Shown here piece after piece: positions 25,914-39,146 of a stretch of 64,000 bases of DNA. Position 1 is the first letter of the stretch, and the number at the start of each line of letters is the position of its first letter. The position numbers and the translations under genes were made by a program. The notes beneath the pieces were generated by a model. That model saw nothing but the letters and a program-made list of their open reading frames with translations, was not told the DNA's origin and searched no databases. This DNA is from Hydrolagus colliei. Taxonomy: Eukaryota. The DNA is taken from positions 7,874,001 to 7,938,000 of the forward strand of contig CM068747.1 in assembly GCA_035084275.1 (NCBI GenBank), written 5' to 3'.

Positions 25914-26769
25914 CTGAAAGATACCAGTCTAAGATATAATGCAGAAAACAGCAGGAGGAAGAGGAGGAAGAAAAATGGCTGTTCAGTAATTGTAGTAATA
26001 GATCTCTTACAGCCAGCCATTTCTTACTAAAAAAAAGGCTCTTTGCAAATTAATTACTTTATAACCTCAGATAAAAAATGCAAAATAATAGCTGCTTCAA
26101 CATAGAACTCGACAGATACAAATTATTAACTGAATTTTTCCCCAAGGGGCAATACAGTAAGTAGTAGTAGTACAGTAATTGGCTGAAGAGACATATTCAA
26201 TTTTCACATGCTGAGATTTGGCAATATTCAGGTCAACACTTTAGTTAAATCCAACACACCCACCATAAGGGTGCAGCAAAGTGATGTGGTGATAAATCTG
26301 TTGCCTGAACAGAATAGGAATGAGCACACGGCAAAAGGCGTCACTGTCAGTACATGTTCAATATGAGCATGTGTCACCAAAAAGATTATAACCATTCATT
26401 GTCCCGGCCAAGCATATTTAAAAGTCCAGAACATTAGTTGGTTACATTCCTCTTATTCAAATTTAGAGGCATTCCCAGTTATTCAATTAAGAAATATACC
26501 AGCTCAACTACTTTCTTCATGAATTCAAAGATTAATTTTTCCTTCAAATGTTTATTTGAAAGAAAATGTCTCCTGTGTATTGCTGCAAAAAAAAGTGAAT
26601 GTCAGATTTGAGAACTGTCCCATATCTAGAGTTTACTTGAATGATAAACATTGCGTTAATGAACACCAGGCCACTTAGATTTAGGAATGCCAGTGTTCAC
26701 ATTTAGAGCTTCATGTTTATTTTAAATCATGATGTTTGATTTCCATTAGATTTAAACGGTGTTCTTTAG

Positions 26770-27055
26770 CGCATATTCAGATGGATTAAGTTCAGCAATT
26801 CCACAAAAACAACTGGCGGCGTCTTGGAGCGCTTCACAATGGAAGAGTTTGAGGCCAAGCAAGGGGGAGGGGGAAGGTGATGTAAGCGCGGTTGAAATGA
26901 AAAATCTTCAGGGTTGACCTGCCAAAGGGGAGGGATGGGGTGAGACAAAGGGGTTGAGGTACAGAGTTCCAAAGTTTTGGGAGTAGTGGCTGAAAGCAGA
27001 CACTGATGGTTGAGTGGAGGATTTGGGGGATAAGGAGGATGGACCCAGTTTTTGT
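26770..27055 (-). mobile_element. Degenerate L2 3' end
   Basis: gcgtcttggagcgcttcacaa tail and agagttccaaagttttgggag (LWNS-type codons on minus). Confidence 0.6.
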
Positions 27056-27179
27056 TAAAGAATCTGTAAATTCTTTTTTGCAACAACCTAATGCGTTATT
27101 TCAGTGTCTAGTGTTTATCAATAAAATGAAAAAATGTAGCAGTAACCCAAAAGGCTGTAGTTCTTCAACATACTCAAGA

Positions 27180-27330
27180 CTGAGATTGATAGATTTCTTA
27201 TGGATAGAAGAATTAAGGGATATGGGGAAAAGGTGGGCAGATGAGTTAGATTAGAAGATCAGCCATGATCTTATTGAATGGTGGGGCAGGCTCGAGCGGC
27301 CAAATGGCCTACTCCTGCTCCTTATTCTTA
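27180..27330 (+). mobile_element. CR1-type 3' tail (HER1 LINE / HE1 SINE-like)
   Basis: gatcagccatgatcttattgaatggtggggcaggctcgag..aatggcctactcctgctcc. Confidence 0.7.
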
Positions 27331-28037
27331 TTATTATATACCTCGATAGCAGCAATAAACCCCATAATTTTCCAATAAATTTGCCAAGCTCCCCACAATA
27401 TTTGGCAAATATTTCCACACTTTTTTTTTATTGGCCCAGCCTATCACTAACCTTTTAACAAAAGGTACAAATAATTAACCTTTGGTTTATGTGATTTTAT
27501 TTCCCCTTCCAACAAGTTTTGTTTATATTGTACGCAGAATACGAGCTGGGAAGAAGATCTGGAGCCAAATCTTGTGTGTGAGTTAAATGCATATCAGTGT
27601 GCAACCCGACAATCATTAACTTGAGGTGCAACCAGATGAGTAGGAAGGTTTATTTCAACTCCACACCCACCTTCCACCACCTGCCAGAATCTGACCTGGT
27701 TTAAACTCATGATTGTAAATTCCATTCAGTAAATGGAAGGATTCGCTGTTAGATGGACCAACCCACGGTAACAATCAACTCTAATCTGATTACACACTGC
27801 TATTGCATTGTGGAAAAAAGATATTTCTAATCATATATGATGTGTACTTCACATCTACTTACTGTCTACATATTTGCTCTAAGCTACAAATAACAAACGT
27901 CCAATAACATTTTTGTACAAAGGGGGATTTCTGCAAAGCTGCAACGCATCCCAATAGTACGGTTATTATAATTCATACTGTACCCTTGGAAGAGATACAT
28001 CGCAATATATGACCACACCATTCATGACACAACTTAC

Positions 28038-28245
28038 CAGTTACTAATGGACTCTGTGGTGTAGACTGATCCAGTAAAACCATGTGTTGTAAGAGAGGAG
28101 TATGGCCAGTATTGGCTTCTTTGTCCAATGTTGTTGTTAGGTAGTGTGGCAGATGAGTGCCAGCAATAAATGGAGTGTTCAATGGGAGCCCTTGCTGTAG
28201 AGCTGGCATACCCAACCTTTCACCATCAACTTGACCTGAGACTCC
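28038..28245 (-). CDS. HDAC4: HDAC4 exon, 208 nt: GVSGQVDGERLGMPALQQ...LLQHMVLLDQSTPQSPLVT(G/D)
   Basis: Acceptor ttccag|GGA, donor TG|gtaagt. Confidence 0.95.
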
Positions 28246-28459
28246 CTGGAAGCAAAATAGACGATACCCACATTTTAACATAGATATTGCATAAATAATT
28301 AGAATTTTTCAACTACTTTGGATATAGTTGAAAATAAATAATATGCACACTTGCAATTGCAATAAAAACATAAGAGGAAGAAAGGAACCTCAGTTAACTA
28401 GATATCAAATGGTGTTCAACCTGCATATATTTATAGATGTAAAATCATGTTAACATTTA

Positions 28460-28885
28460 AATAACTCTTGCAATTGATATACTGCCTCATCACACCATCA
28501 AGATGTCTCAAAATGATCCACAGGATTTACAGTAAAGTGGTGTGATTCGAGTAATTTGTGAACAATAAAATTACACTTGTATACAGCCTTTCATGTCAGG
28601 AGGATGTCCCAAGGCACTGAATGAACTTGGCAGCCAATATGCACACAGCAGTAATAATAATAATCCTTACATTTGATATAACGTTTTTCACGTCTCCTAA
28701 ACGTATCAAAGAGCTTCACAGAATATACTGTAAAGTGAATTAACTGTACATTTGTGGGCGAAAAGTAGCAATGTATAGTTGTGGATTGAAGTAAACAACT
28801 TTTGTTTTTTGGTGAGAGATTATTATCAGTTGTGATGGAAGGAAACTTGCCTAAGGTTTTGCCCAGCCAGGAATCAAACCCAAGA
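28460..28885 (-). mobile_element. Nested SINE fragments and an L2 tail stub
   Basis: Family tail at ~28655, body to ggaatcaaaccc; L2-type stub at ~28570-28620. Confidence 0.78.
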
Positions 28886-29702
28886 CAAAATTACAGGACT
28901 GATCCCTTTCCCGTTCGGCCCCATTAACATCTGACACTGATTAATCAAATTGCTAGTTCCTCTTTGGATGGTTTAACGAGTTGGGTGGAGGGGGTAACAT
29001 TCCTGACATTTGATAACACAATTCATAGCTGGATATAAAAGAGTCTTGAGATGTTAAGTATTCTGTGTTGACAGCAATGACCAATTGGGAATTTTGCTTT
29101 TGTTCCTTGGAATCATTTGCAGGCATCGAGCTCTGGCACAACCCAAGATTCAACTTGAGCAGCAGCACAGTCAAGCATTAACTAGAATTAGTTACAAGTC
29201 AAAAGGCAATAATGAAGTCAGTAACACGAGCAGATCGGCTGAGCTGGTGCCAGTTTGGGTTGGGTATCTGGTCTACATCCCAATGCTCAGTGCTTCTGGT
29301 TGATGTCATTGATGAGACCAGGAACTTGATGTGCTAAGTATTGTGAGTTTGAAGCTTTGTTCCAGAAACACTGTTGCTTTGTAAGCAATAGATTCAATAA
29401 AAAGTCCCTTGCCATCAAGGGCCTGAGGCTTAAGTAAATCTTACAATGTAAAAAATCTAGCAATTCAATGCAGTACAAGAGTGGAGCTGTGGTTGCACTG
29501 CCCAACAATCTTATGACAATGACATGTACCATACCTATGCATGAATATACACTTGAATTCTGTTCAATGCCGTGGAAAGCAAAATAAACCACAGAATTAT
29601 TATAAGATTAATAAAACTAGATTTTCAATTTCAATTTACCACTTCAATATTTCTAATACAGCAACATAGGTTGAGCATAAATCTGAGTGTTTATGTACTC
29701 AC

Positions 29703-29819
29703 ACTGGAGGGACCTGTTGCCGGCAAACCTAGGGTGATGTTGGGCAAAGATGGTGACGTATACAGAGGCATTTGTGTTATTAGGCCATCTCGGGTAACCA
29801 GCCTCTGAGCTAAGGTAGA
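29703..29819 (-). CDS. HDAC4: HDAC4 exon, 117 nt: [39 protein letters not shown]
   Basis: Translated by hand; acceptor ctttcag|TCT, donor AGT|gtgagt; class IIa [13 protein letters not shown] motif. Confidence 0.96.
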
Positions 29820-31016
29820 CTGAAAGGAAAAGAAGAATCAATGAATCTTAAGACATCAGGTTAAAATCACAAAGGTTTCTCATGACCTTTCACTTCAATT
29901 TTCTTTACTACTAATCTGTTGCTCAAGCCTCTGTGTTCTTTCTCCATGTTTTTTCTACAGGAAACAACTGAAGAGCTTTTTGAGTCATCTGGTCTCTCAT
30001 CCACTATTCACCAGTTCTTCAGTTCCACCAGTTATTTAGCTATTCGGCGAATCATAACTGACCATCTCATTTAACATCCATAGCATTCCAGCAGCTGTCA
30101 CTGGATATTCATCAGTGGAACCTTGTCCAATTCTTCTCCTCTAACTCAGGGACCCATAACTAGCTGTAGCTGCTCAAGTGACACCTTGACTGAGACCAAA
30201 TAGCTGAGCACAGAGTAGTAGAGGAAGTTTGAATCTTGGGATTTTTATCCATTAATTTATCAATCAGCCACTCACTTAAAAGACAAATGTGAAACAGCAG
30301 AGTTAGCCCCATTCATGTACAACTCTTTTAAAGGTGTTGAAATCAAAGGAGAGTTTATCTATTTTCTTTTTTCTATACTAATAAAACAACAATGTTTTAC
30401 AAGATCTCAATAACTGATTGACATGGAGACATCATACCCCATTGGATATGGAGGTACCCCATTGGCTAGTCATACAATAAAGAAAGACAGATTTGTGATT
30501 TATGCCAATTGTACTCTCACTTTGCTTAGGCATGTGAACAATACCAAACATTTTATAATCTAAGAGTGGAGGATTGTCATCATAATCATATGTAATAATG
30601 CAGTGGCTTAGAGCCAAGCGAATGTTACAATAATTACTAATATATTTGCTTCAAATTTACTATTACTGTATACTGTTGATCAGCCTAAATGTATTTTCAC
30701 CTCAATGTTCTTTGTTTTCTCCCTCGATTATTCTCTATTTTCATCTACCTTAAAAAAAGCAACTTCTACCTATTTCTTAGCACAAATAAAAGTATTCGAG
30801 ATTCATTCTTGTCTGAACAGATGGACAATGCCTTTTCCTTAATTCAGGGTAAACTGTTCCAGTTCAATTGAAAGGAGTAATATTTACCATTTATTTGTAC
30901 ACTCTGCTTTTTAGATCTAACTTTATACAACATGTACACCTGTAGTAATGCCCCCATTATAATGCAGCGATTAGTATGCAAGAAAATCCAACCAATTTTA
31001 CAATGAAGCTACAATA

Positions 31017-31240
31017 CAGTAAAAGCCAGTTTATCCGGTCCCCCTCGGGACCTGGCCAATGCCGGTTATAGTGCGTGCCGGATATTCAGCCGAAAACGCA
31101 ATTTAAAAAATAAATAAATAGAAAATTTTAAAATGCATTTTTCCGGATAAATTCCGGTTGATCGAATGCGGACCTTTTTTTATGTGCCTATTATACAGAA
31201 GTTACGGTTGATCGGGTGCCGGATAAACAGGCTTTTACTG
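31017..31240. mobile_element. Tc1/mariner-superfamily (Tigger/pogo-like) MITE, 224 bp
   Basis: TA|CAGTAAAAGCCAGTTTATCCGG ... CCGGATAAACAGGCTTTTACTG|TA: 22-bp TIR with 1 mismatch, TA duplication. Confidence 0.92.
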
Positions 31241-31322
31241 TAATTGGTTTAACTGAGCAATCACACAGCCAAGACACCCTAGCTGTCCACCCGCTGGCCA
31301 ACAGCTGCATGCTTACAATGGT

Positions 31323-31413
31323 TGACGTTTTGGGTCATTCTGTCAACATCAATGTTGATTCTTTCACGTCATGAAGAAGTAACGTTGACATCGACATAAT
31401 GACCCAAACGTCA
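31323..31413. repeat. Imperfect ~91-bp palindrome (hairpin)
   Basis: Left arm tgacgttttgggtcattctgtcaacatcaatgttgattctt versus reverse complement of right arm tgacgtttgggtcattatgtcgatgtcaacgttacttctt. Confidence 0.8.
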
Positions 31414-31679
31414 GACAAGTTTTCAGGAATGGACCGGCTGGCCTGTGTGCAGCAAGCTGGCTAGCCGCATGTACATAATGAATTAAGTCCACACAACATT
31501 CTTAATAGTACAAGTCCACATTATAATGAAACAGTATTATAATGGGTTTCTATTGCTTAAGTACATTAATCGGTATGGGTAGGGATTAAACCAAAGAGTC
31601 TTGAATATAGGCCAAATGACTAGAGCATCATTAACCTATTGTCATTTATAGGAATAGCAACATGCAATAATAAAGTTAC

Positions 31680-31792
31680 CTCCGTTGGTATGCTGGTAGC
31701 TGTTCCGGCTATACCATTCTCTGTAGTGATGTTGTTGGAGCTGTTGTTGGGTGAGCTCGGACCAGATCCAGGAGCACTGTTACATGCTGAGT
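31680..31792 (-). CDS. HDAC4: HDAC4 exon, 113 nt: (D)[37 protein letters not shown]
   Basis: Acceptor tatcag|AC, donor GAG|gtaact. Confidence 0.96.
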
Positions 31793-34700
31793 CTGATACA
31801 AAATATGAAACAACCATGTAAAATCGCTTGGCAAGGCCTCGACTTAAAAAAAGATTTTGAGTTTGCCTTTTACATCATACAACTTAATTGACCATTTCTA
31901 TTAAGTGAAGGTCAAGAATATAGCAACCATAACATGCTTTCTGAATAACAGTATGTAAAGTATGCTTTAAAGCAAAATTAAATCAGTGACCTACTTGTGC
32001 GCTGATGTACATAAACAGATATTAACACACATAAATGACATATACAGACCACATGTTAAACATGTCTGGGTCAATGGTGCTACGAAATGTCTCACGTCTC
32101 TCTTTGGTGACCAAGTGATAGTGCGTAACTAAGTGCAGCGTTAACACTGCAAGCACTCAGTAAAACATTCAGTTCCATGACCAATAATCTACTGTATTAA
32201 GAAAAAGTAACCCACGGGACAGTACTTTGAAATGTCAAGGCAGCAGGACGAGAGGACAAAGGATATGAAGTGGGTTTAGGGTAAAGAAGTATTTTATACA
32301 GAAGGTAATCAACACCTGGAATGGATTATCAGGAGGGTAGTTGAAACCAGGGTATTGGGTTCATTTAAGAAACAGCTGGATGTAATGGAGATCGTAAGGA
32401 TACTGTACAAGGATCAAATGAAATAGGCTAAAGAGTCATCTTCAACCAAATTTATCTTGAAATATTATCATATTGAGACACAGAGGATGGGAGCAGAGTG
32501 GGTCAGTGGAGTCTGGAGAAAGATGCAAAATAGCTCACATACACAATGGTTGGTATTAATGATTAGCAGTCTGTGCTTCAATAGTTCTTTGTTTCTGACA
32601 GAATTTTTAATGCTGAATCTGAAAGAAATAGTACAAGTCCATCTGCTAGGAGTGAAGCAGTGTACGTATGGCATGCGTTAAGCCGAGCTTCAGCTGGGAA
32701 ATTAGAGAGAGAAACTACCATAATACACAGAATTAATTCAATCCTCACTTGTTAAGAAGTTATGGTGGATAAAATATATGCTTGCAACCACACCTTTAAT
32801 TGGAATAACCATGGTACCAATTTAAACCATTACTGTTGAAAAGTTAATTGGTATATAATGCTGAAAATGAACATGGAACCAATCAAATGGAACATGAATC
32901 TTAACACACCCATTTCTTCATTACAAGGCTATTTTAGCCTGGTTTATGCTGCATTTAATTCACCACAGCACATACATTGTAAACAAGCAAATGCACAGAT
33001 AGAATAATGTGGTGCACACAGAGAATAAAGCAAAAATTAGACATTGGTCGCTTCATGACCGTTTGTGAGACATAGTCGCGCGCAAATTGGCTCACGCAAT
33101 TACCCACAAATAAATAGTCACTACATGTAGGTAATTTAACTATCCATTGGCAGGTCTGGCTGGACCACATCAAAACTTATCGCTTTAGTCAGAAACAAAG
33201 AATTATTGAAGATAAAACGTTACATCAAAAGCAAGAATCTTTATTATTATGAAACCGTGCTTTGGTTCTTATGCCATCGCTTGATAGTATTCACTTCAAC
33301 AACGAACACCCACCCCCCCTCCAATCCTCCAAACTCTTAATCTCAGATATTAATAGATTTGTGCGCCTATGCCATTTCCCAAATCAGACTGTAGTTTAAC
33401 TACTTCTCCCAGACTTATTTCCAGAAGTTCTGGATCACTCCTTAGAACCAAGTCTGATGAGGTTTCCTGATGTAATGAGTTTGGCAGCAGTCAGGCTGGC
33501 CGCTAATGAACTTAAGTCATTTCATTTGGGAAAATTCTCATGTTTATCTTCTGAATGTTCAGCAAATGTCTCAAAGCTTCAATTTTCCATTTGCACAGAT
33601 AAGATGAACAGTGGGCGTTCTTCAACTTGCATATTTGTGCCCTACTCTGAGCAAAAGGAACAGTTAAGATACAGATCTAACCTAAGCCTATTTATAGCCT
33701 AGATATTTAGATATTTTATCCAAAGTGTACATCTGATTAAACTGGGGGAAAGTTTATTACTATTTGTAGACCGCACCCACTTCAACTTTCACTCTGCAAT
33801 ACCCACTCTGAACAAAGTATCCATTCAAACTCAAAACAAGTTACCTCAAACACTCTCATCATGATAATCAACATCCTAAATAAAGAAAACATACGTTTGC
33901 CTACAAATATACAGAGTACATTTTACAACTAAACTGATATGAGCAGATTTTATCAAGAGTAAGGATTATAATCATTATATCCCTTGCACTCCTACTCCTT
34001 GTACAAGCTTCATGGAGGTTGGCTGCATTTTCTTTTTATGTTTAAGTGCATTTGCAATGTATGAAACCTAGATGGCATCACACATCCTTCTGCATTCGTG
34101 CAAAGTAAATTGCACATATCCCTCAAGGTGCACAGTACAGTAAATCCTCACTGGTAATCAGCCTAATACACCAAGGCTTTTTTTTGAATGAAGCCTTTGT
34201 TTTTCAGTTTTACATTTAAGAGTGTTTGGCACATAGAACTGGTTGCTTTCTTTCACACCCCACAATATTTATTTTTTAATGAAAACTGGGATAGTGGTAG
34301 CTTGAAATCCAGATACAACATTTTTCCTCACATGTTCCTTCAACCAGATTTCATAGTTCTCAAAGACTTCCCTGAATCAGTGAGGGAAAAAAATGTGTAT
34401 TCCAAAATTATTGATAATGGATGATTCTGCATGCCTGGAGGCAGGTTAAATGTGATTATAATTGTAGCTATTGATTTGCATTCAAAACAAATAATTTCTT
34501 TCTAAATAAAAACTGACCTGCAGATAGTATAATAGGTGCTAAATGTTTATCGCCCAGCACATGTTCAGGATAAACCCATTCCTGCTGGTTAAAAAATCTC
34601 ATATTTCAAACTTTCCAGCTTGTGGAACCACTGAGTGCGTCATTGCAAACAGTTGAATGCATTAATAGTTACCACTCAATGACACTGTGTACAGTCAGAA

Positions 34701-34929
34701 CTCCATACTCTCTGCAATATGGCAACAGACTAATACTACCTCATTATCTATCAGCTTCCACAGGACTTCACTTGAATAATCAGAACAAAAGAAACCTTGA
34801 AAAATCTTGTCATTTGGATTTTTATTTGCCATCAGACAACAATTAATTTGAGGTTTAATATTCGGTAAGGATGAGGGATTCACCTATAAAGATATCCTGG
34901 ATAAATTATAGCTTTTTTTTCCACATCAG

Positions 34930-35450
34930 GATATTGTCTCAAAGAACTTCACATAATATACCATAAAATGCTGGTACCGTGTATTTTGTGGGCAAACGCG
35001 ACAACAGCTTGCACTTATTTAGCGTCCTCCAAGCAGGGCAGCCAATTGAACCCAGCAATATTCCACAAACGGCCATGAAGTGAATGACTAATTTTATTTG
35101 GAGCACTGTTGGCCAGGACCCCAGGAGAAATTCCAGACTCTTGGTATCATGCCTTTCACATCAGCAGGAATCCCACAGTACACCACAGGATTTACTGTTA
35201 AGGGCTGTGACTGTATTTGAGTAATGTCATGGGATATTTAATATTCACCTGAAACAACAACAACTTGCATTTGTATAATGCTTTTCAGGTTGGATAGTGT
35301 CTCGGAGAGTATGTAAGGCAGACGGGACTTCAGTTTAATGCCTCATCCAAAGAATGGCACCTCTGACAATGCAGGCACATACAAGCACTGCATGTAGAGC
35401 GTCAGCATACACTATGACTTCCACGTCTCAAAGTGAACCTTGAAGTGATG
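34930..35450 (-). mobile_element. Old Deu-domain SINE remnant with later insertions
   Basis: ttggccaggaccccaggagaa...catgggatattta...gcagacggg..cagtttaatgcctcatccaaagaatggcacctctgacaatgcag. Confidence 0.68.
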
Positions 35451-37426
35451 AGGTGTTTTAGAGTGGATCTGATAGTGGTGTGAAGCATATCGAGAAATGT
35501 ATGAGCAAAAGAATTAAGATTGGCATAAACTCAGGTGGGAGTGTAAACAATAGCACAGAATTGTTATATCAAATAATCAGTTGTGGTGTTGGACAATCTC
35601 TGTAATTCTGTCTAAATTGCACTGTTAAATTCAAGGTCACTTGCCCTTTTAAACAACTTTGAGGAAAGGCTAAACAAAGACTCCCCAGCCCTTAAAAGAG
35701 GATATACAAGGGATTTGTTAAGAAACTAAATGGTATTGAGAAAATAAACAGAACATTATTTTCAATACAAGGCAGCAGGATAAGAGGGTGTATTGTCCTG
35801 TTACCTTTTTTCTTCCGGATAATCAGCAACTTATGCCCTCTTGATATACTGTACACGGTATTGTCTGATTTCCTCTCTGTATTTATTTAACTTACAAAAC
35901 AGTTCACTGGATCAGTAAGCCATCAAAGCTAGTACTATAAATCATCTAGTGTATGCTATTAAAGATAAATGTAATGCATGAAATAATATTCAGAGGATTC
36001 CTGAATCGATACTAATGTTTTAGACTTAATACCAGGAACTACAATTAAAGAATCAAACATCTCTGAACAATTTTAATTGTTGGATAACATAAAGAATAAA
36101 TTGATCTTGTATTATATTAATTAGTTTTCACCAATAAAACATTTAGTTCAAGGATAAGAAAGAGTCTATCACAAAATGGGCAATTGAAAAAGTTAAACTA
36201 TCAATGAAAGAGAAGTGCCAACTTCAGTGGTCAGAAGGATATAATCCATATTTCTCCTATCCTCTGCTTTCCCAACCATACAATTGTTCTGTTCCACTCT
36301 CTTGTTCCCAGGTAAATATGGACGGGGGCTTGGGAAAGAATTCTGCTCCTAAATTTGTGTTCTGAACAGGCTCTAGCAACGCAGAAGAGAGGACTCTTCC
36401 TCCCTGGGCACATTCCTGTCTTAGACGGTCAAAAACTCAGCAGGAAAAAGGAGGAAGTGTATTGCAGTTCAGAACTATGTCCCACTGTTCTGTGACAAAA
36501 CCTTGTTGATCCAACATTCAAGATAAGAGGTCTGCTCCCTTCCCCCGTTGCAAAGTTTGTATAATTTAAAAAATCAACATTTTACTCTTTCCTTTTCTTG
36601 TTGTTGAATGATTGTCAATAACTGAGCCTTCGTGCAGGGAGATAGCTTATCACCCAAACAGTTGAAATGATAAGTTCACCGAATCCATGGGCAGTCAGTC
36701 CTATGTTCTTGCACCAAAGCCAGATCCACCAATAAGCTTTTCAAAACCCACCATTCAAATATAATTGGTCACAGAACACAAGTGGCATGATGTATATTTT
36801 TCAACCTTTTCACCTTGGTTAAAACCATTTGTGTCGTAAAGTACTGTAATCACAACCAGTAAGCTTATTCTAAATGTATTTAGCTTTTTTCAAAAACGCA
36901 AGTTTTAAAAGGATTCATTTTTAATTTAGCTTTAGGCGAATAAAGTTCCATGCAGTGTTTTGGTGATGTCGGCCACTTGCGAAATTTTCCATTCTAACCA
37001 GGCATTATAAAAGGCAACGTGTGTAAAGCTCAATTGAGTTTTTACTCTAGGGGTTTAAACCAAGATGTCTGATTCTATAAAGGGAGATTAGGGGAAAGAC
37101 TGACATACATTTACTTCAAAACAGAGTAATGTGCTTTGAAGTGCAGTTTATATATTTATTGATTGTATCTTTATGTAAACTAAAGTGACCTGTTTAAAGT
37201 GGCATACTTTTGCCCCAATTAAGACTGCATCCTTGGCCTGTGTCCAATGTAATCTTGTGTATCAAATCAACAAAGCAGGCAAACTTATGCAAGTTCTCAA
37301 CTGGACCAAGTGGCGTTGCACCATGAGTCTTGTAGGGCTGACTTCAGCAAGTGCACAGTGTCAATGGCAGCTGAATTCTCATTCTATAAAATCCGCAGTT
37401 TATCACAAAATCTCAGAAAAGAGTAG

Positions 37427-37560
37427 AAAACAAAATACTACAGATGCTGGGAATCTGAATCTGATGAAGGGCTGTACACCCGAAACGTTGACTCCTTTTT
37501 CGTTCTCCATGGATGCTGCCTGACCTGCTGAGTTTCCCCAGCACCTTCTGTTTTTGTTAT
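37427..37560 (+). mobile_element. Penelope-type remnant (copy 3) with hammerhead core and 12-bp flanking direct repeat
   Basis: CTGATGA-AGGGCTGTACACCC-GAAACGTT at 37461-37489; flanks agaaaagagtag (37415-37426) and agaaaagagcag (37561-37572). Confidence 0.7.
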
Positions 37561-37669
37561 AGAAAAGAGCAGTTTGCATGACGGTTAAATACTCACTCAC
37601 ATCCTAAAACAATAAATACTTCAAATACAGCAAATGTTATCACTTATGGTGTCAAGTTCTGAAGTTTAC

Positions 37670-37801
37670 CTGGAACATCCACAGGTCTCTTTTTAAGTGT
37701 GGTTATAGCACTTCCATCCTTTCTCCGTAGTAAAGGGCTACTCCTTCTCTCTGCCACTTTCTGCTTTAGTCTGGAGCGTACCTTTAAGTTTGGCTCAGAT
37801 G
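37670..37801 (-). CDS. HDAC4: HDAC4 exon, 132 nt: (A)[43 protein letters not shown](D); S246-equivalent and NLS
   Basis: Translated by hand; acceptor tttacag|CA, donor AG|gtaaac. Confidence 0.96.
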
Positions 37802-38044
37802 CTGTAAATCAAAGCAGCACATCATATTTCAGCAGCATAATCTTGACTCCACTCTTTGAAACCACAATGCAAATCTCCACCAGAAGTGAAACTTCAGGAA
37901 CTTCATACACAATAGACAGAATAACCAGAGAGTTGTTATATCCTCATAATAAATTGGCTTTGAACTACATAGTATAAATAACTACTATAAACGACTGTAG
38001 CAAATTCTAATTTGTTTAACTATTGGGGTATTTTGTGGGGTGGG

Positions 38045-38635
38045 GGGCAACAACAAAATTATACTTGTATAGTGCCTTTCACTTCAGAAGGATATTTCGG
38101 GGGGCTGTGTAATCAGTGTTTTGGGTCGTAAAGCAGACTGGTGACCGCTGAGCGGGGGGAGCAGGCGGGTTGGTAGCAGATTAGAAGGTTGCAAATGTAG
38201 GGGGGAGCGAGGCCATGGAGGGCTTTGAAAGTGAGGACCAGGAACTTGAATTGTACCCTCTGTGTGATGGGAAGCCAGTGGAGTCAGGTGAGCATGGGGG
38301 TGGAAAGATTGTTGGGCCTGATGTGGGAGAGGACATGGGCTGCAGAGTTCTGGATGATCTGCAGCCTATAGAGGCAGCAGTTGGGGAGGCCAACAAGCAG
38401 GAAGTTTGCATTGTCGAATCTGGATGTTCTGAATGCACGTTCGAGGGTTTCGGCGGCTTGTAGTATTAGACAGTGGTGGAGCTGAACGATGTTGTAGAGA
38501 TGGGGTAAAGTGGAGCAGGCTGTGGCACGGTTGGGGTATGAAGGACAGTTGAGGAATGAACAGGGCGCCAAGGTTCCGTATTGGTATTTGTGAATCTGTT
38601 TGCCTATCAGACAGAAAGCAGGAGCCATCAGTATC
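38045..38635 (-). mobile_element. L2 LINE 3' fragment
   Basis: AETLERAFRTSRFDNANFLLVGLP..LQIIQNSAA, RNLG; (caa)n tail. Confidence 0.9.
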
Positions 38636-38759
38636 CATTATTCTGTATATAGCTATTTTAATAGGCACTCAAGAGTTTTGATTAGAGGACTTCAATACAT
38701 TGAACAAACAGCTATGCCAAATATTTTTGTTTCCAACTAAAACAAATGCTCAGGAATAT

Positions 38760-38865
38760 TAATAATAATCCTTGCATTTGATATACTGCTTTTCACATCT
38801 TCTAGACATTTCAAAGTGCTTCACAGAATATACTGTAAAGCGAATTGACTGTATATTTATGGGCA
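38760..38865 (-). mobile_element. SINE 3' fragment
   Basis: aataataatccttgcatttgatata...cacagaatatactgtaaag. Confidence 0.85.
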
Positions 38866-39146
38866 GTAACATATGATCACTGATGACAAATAAACTTGCA
38901 TGTTCAGTAATTGGGCACGACTCTTAGGTAAAATACACAAGATCCTGGAAAACCAACACAATTCAATTAATGTTAGATAGATTACCAATTAGGCCAGCAT
39001 TGAGCAGAAATAATACAACTGCCACTTAAGTACTTAATTTCAGATGACTAATGGTTTATTTTACCAGCATTTTCAGTATATCTGACTTCATCATTATGTT
39101 TAAGTTTGGGAAATCTGCAAAACAAAATTTTGTGATGAAGGAGGTT

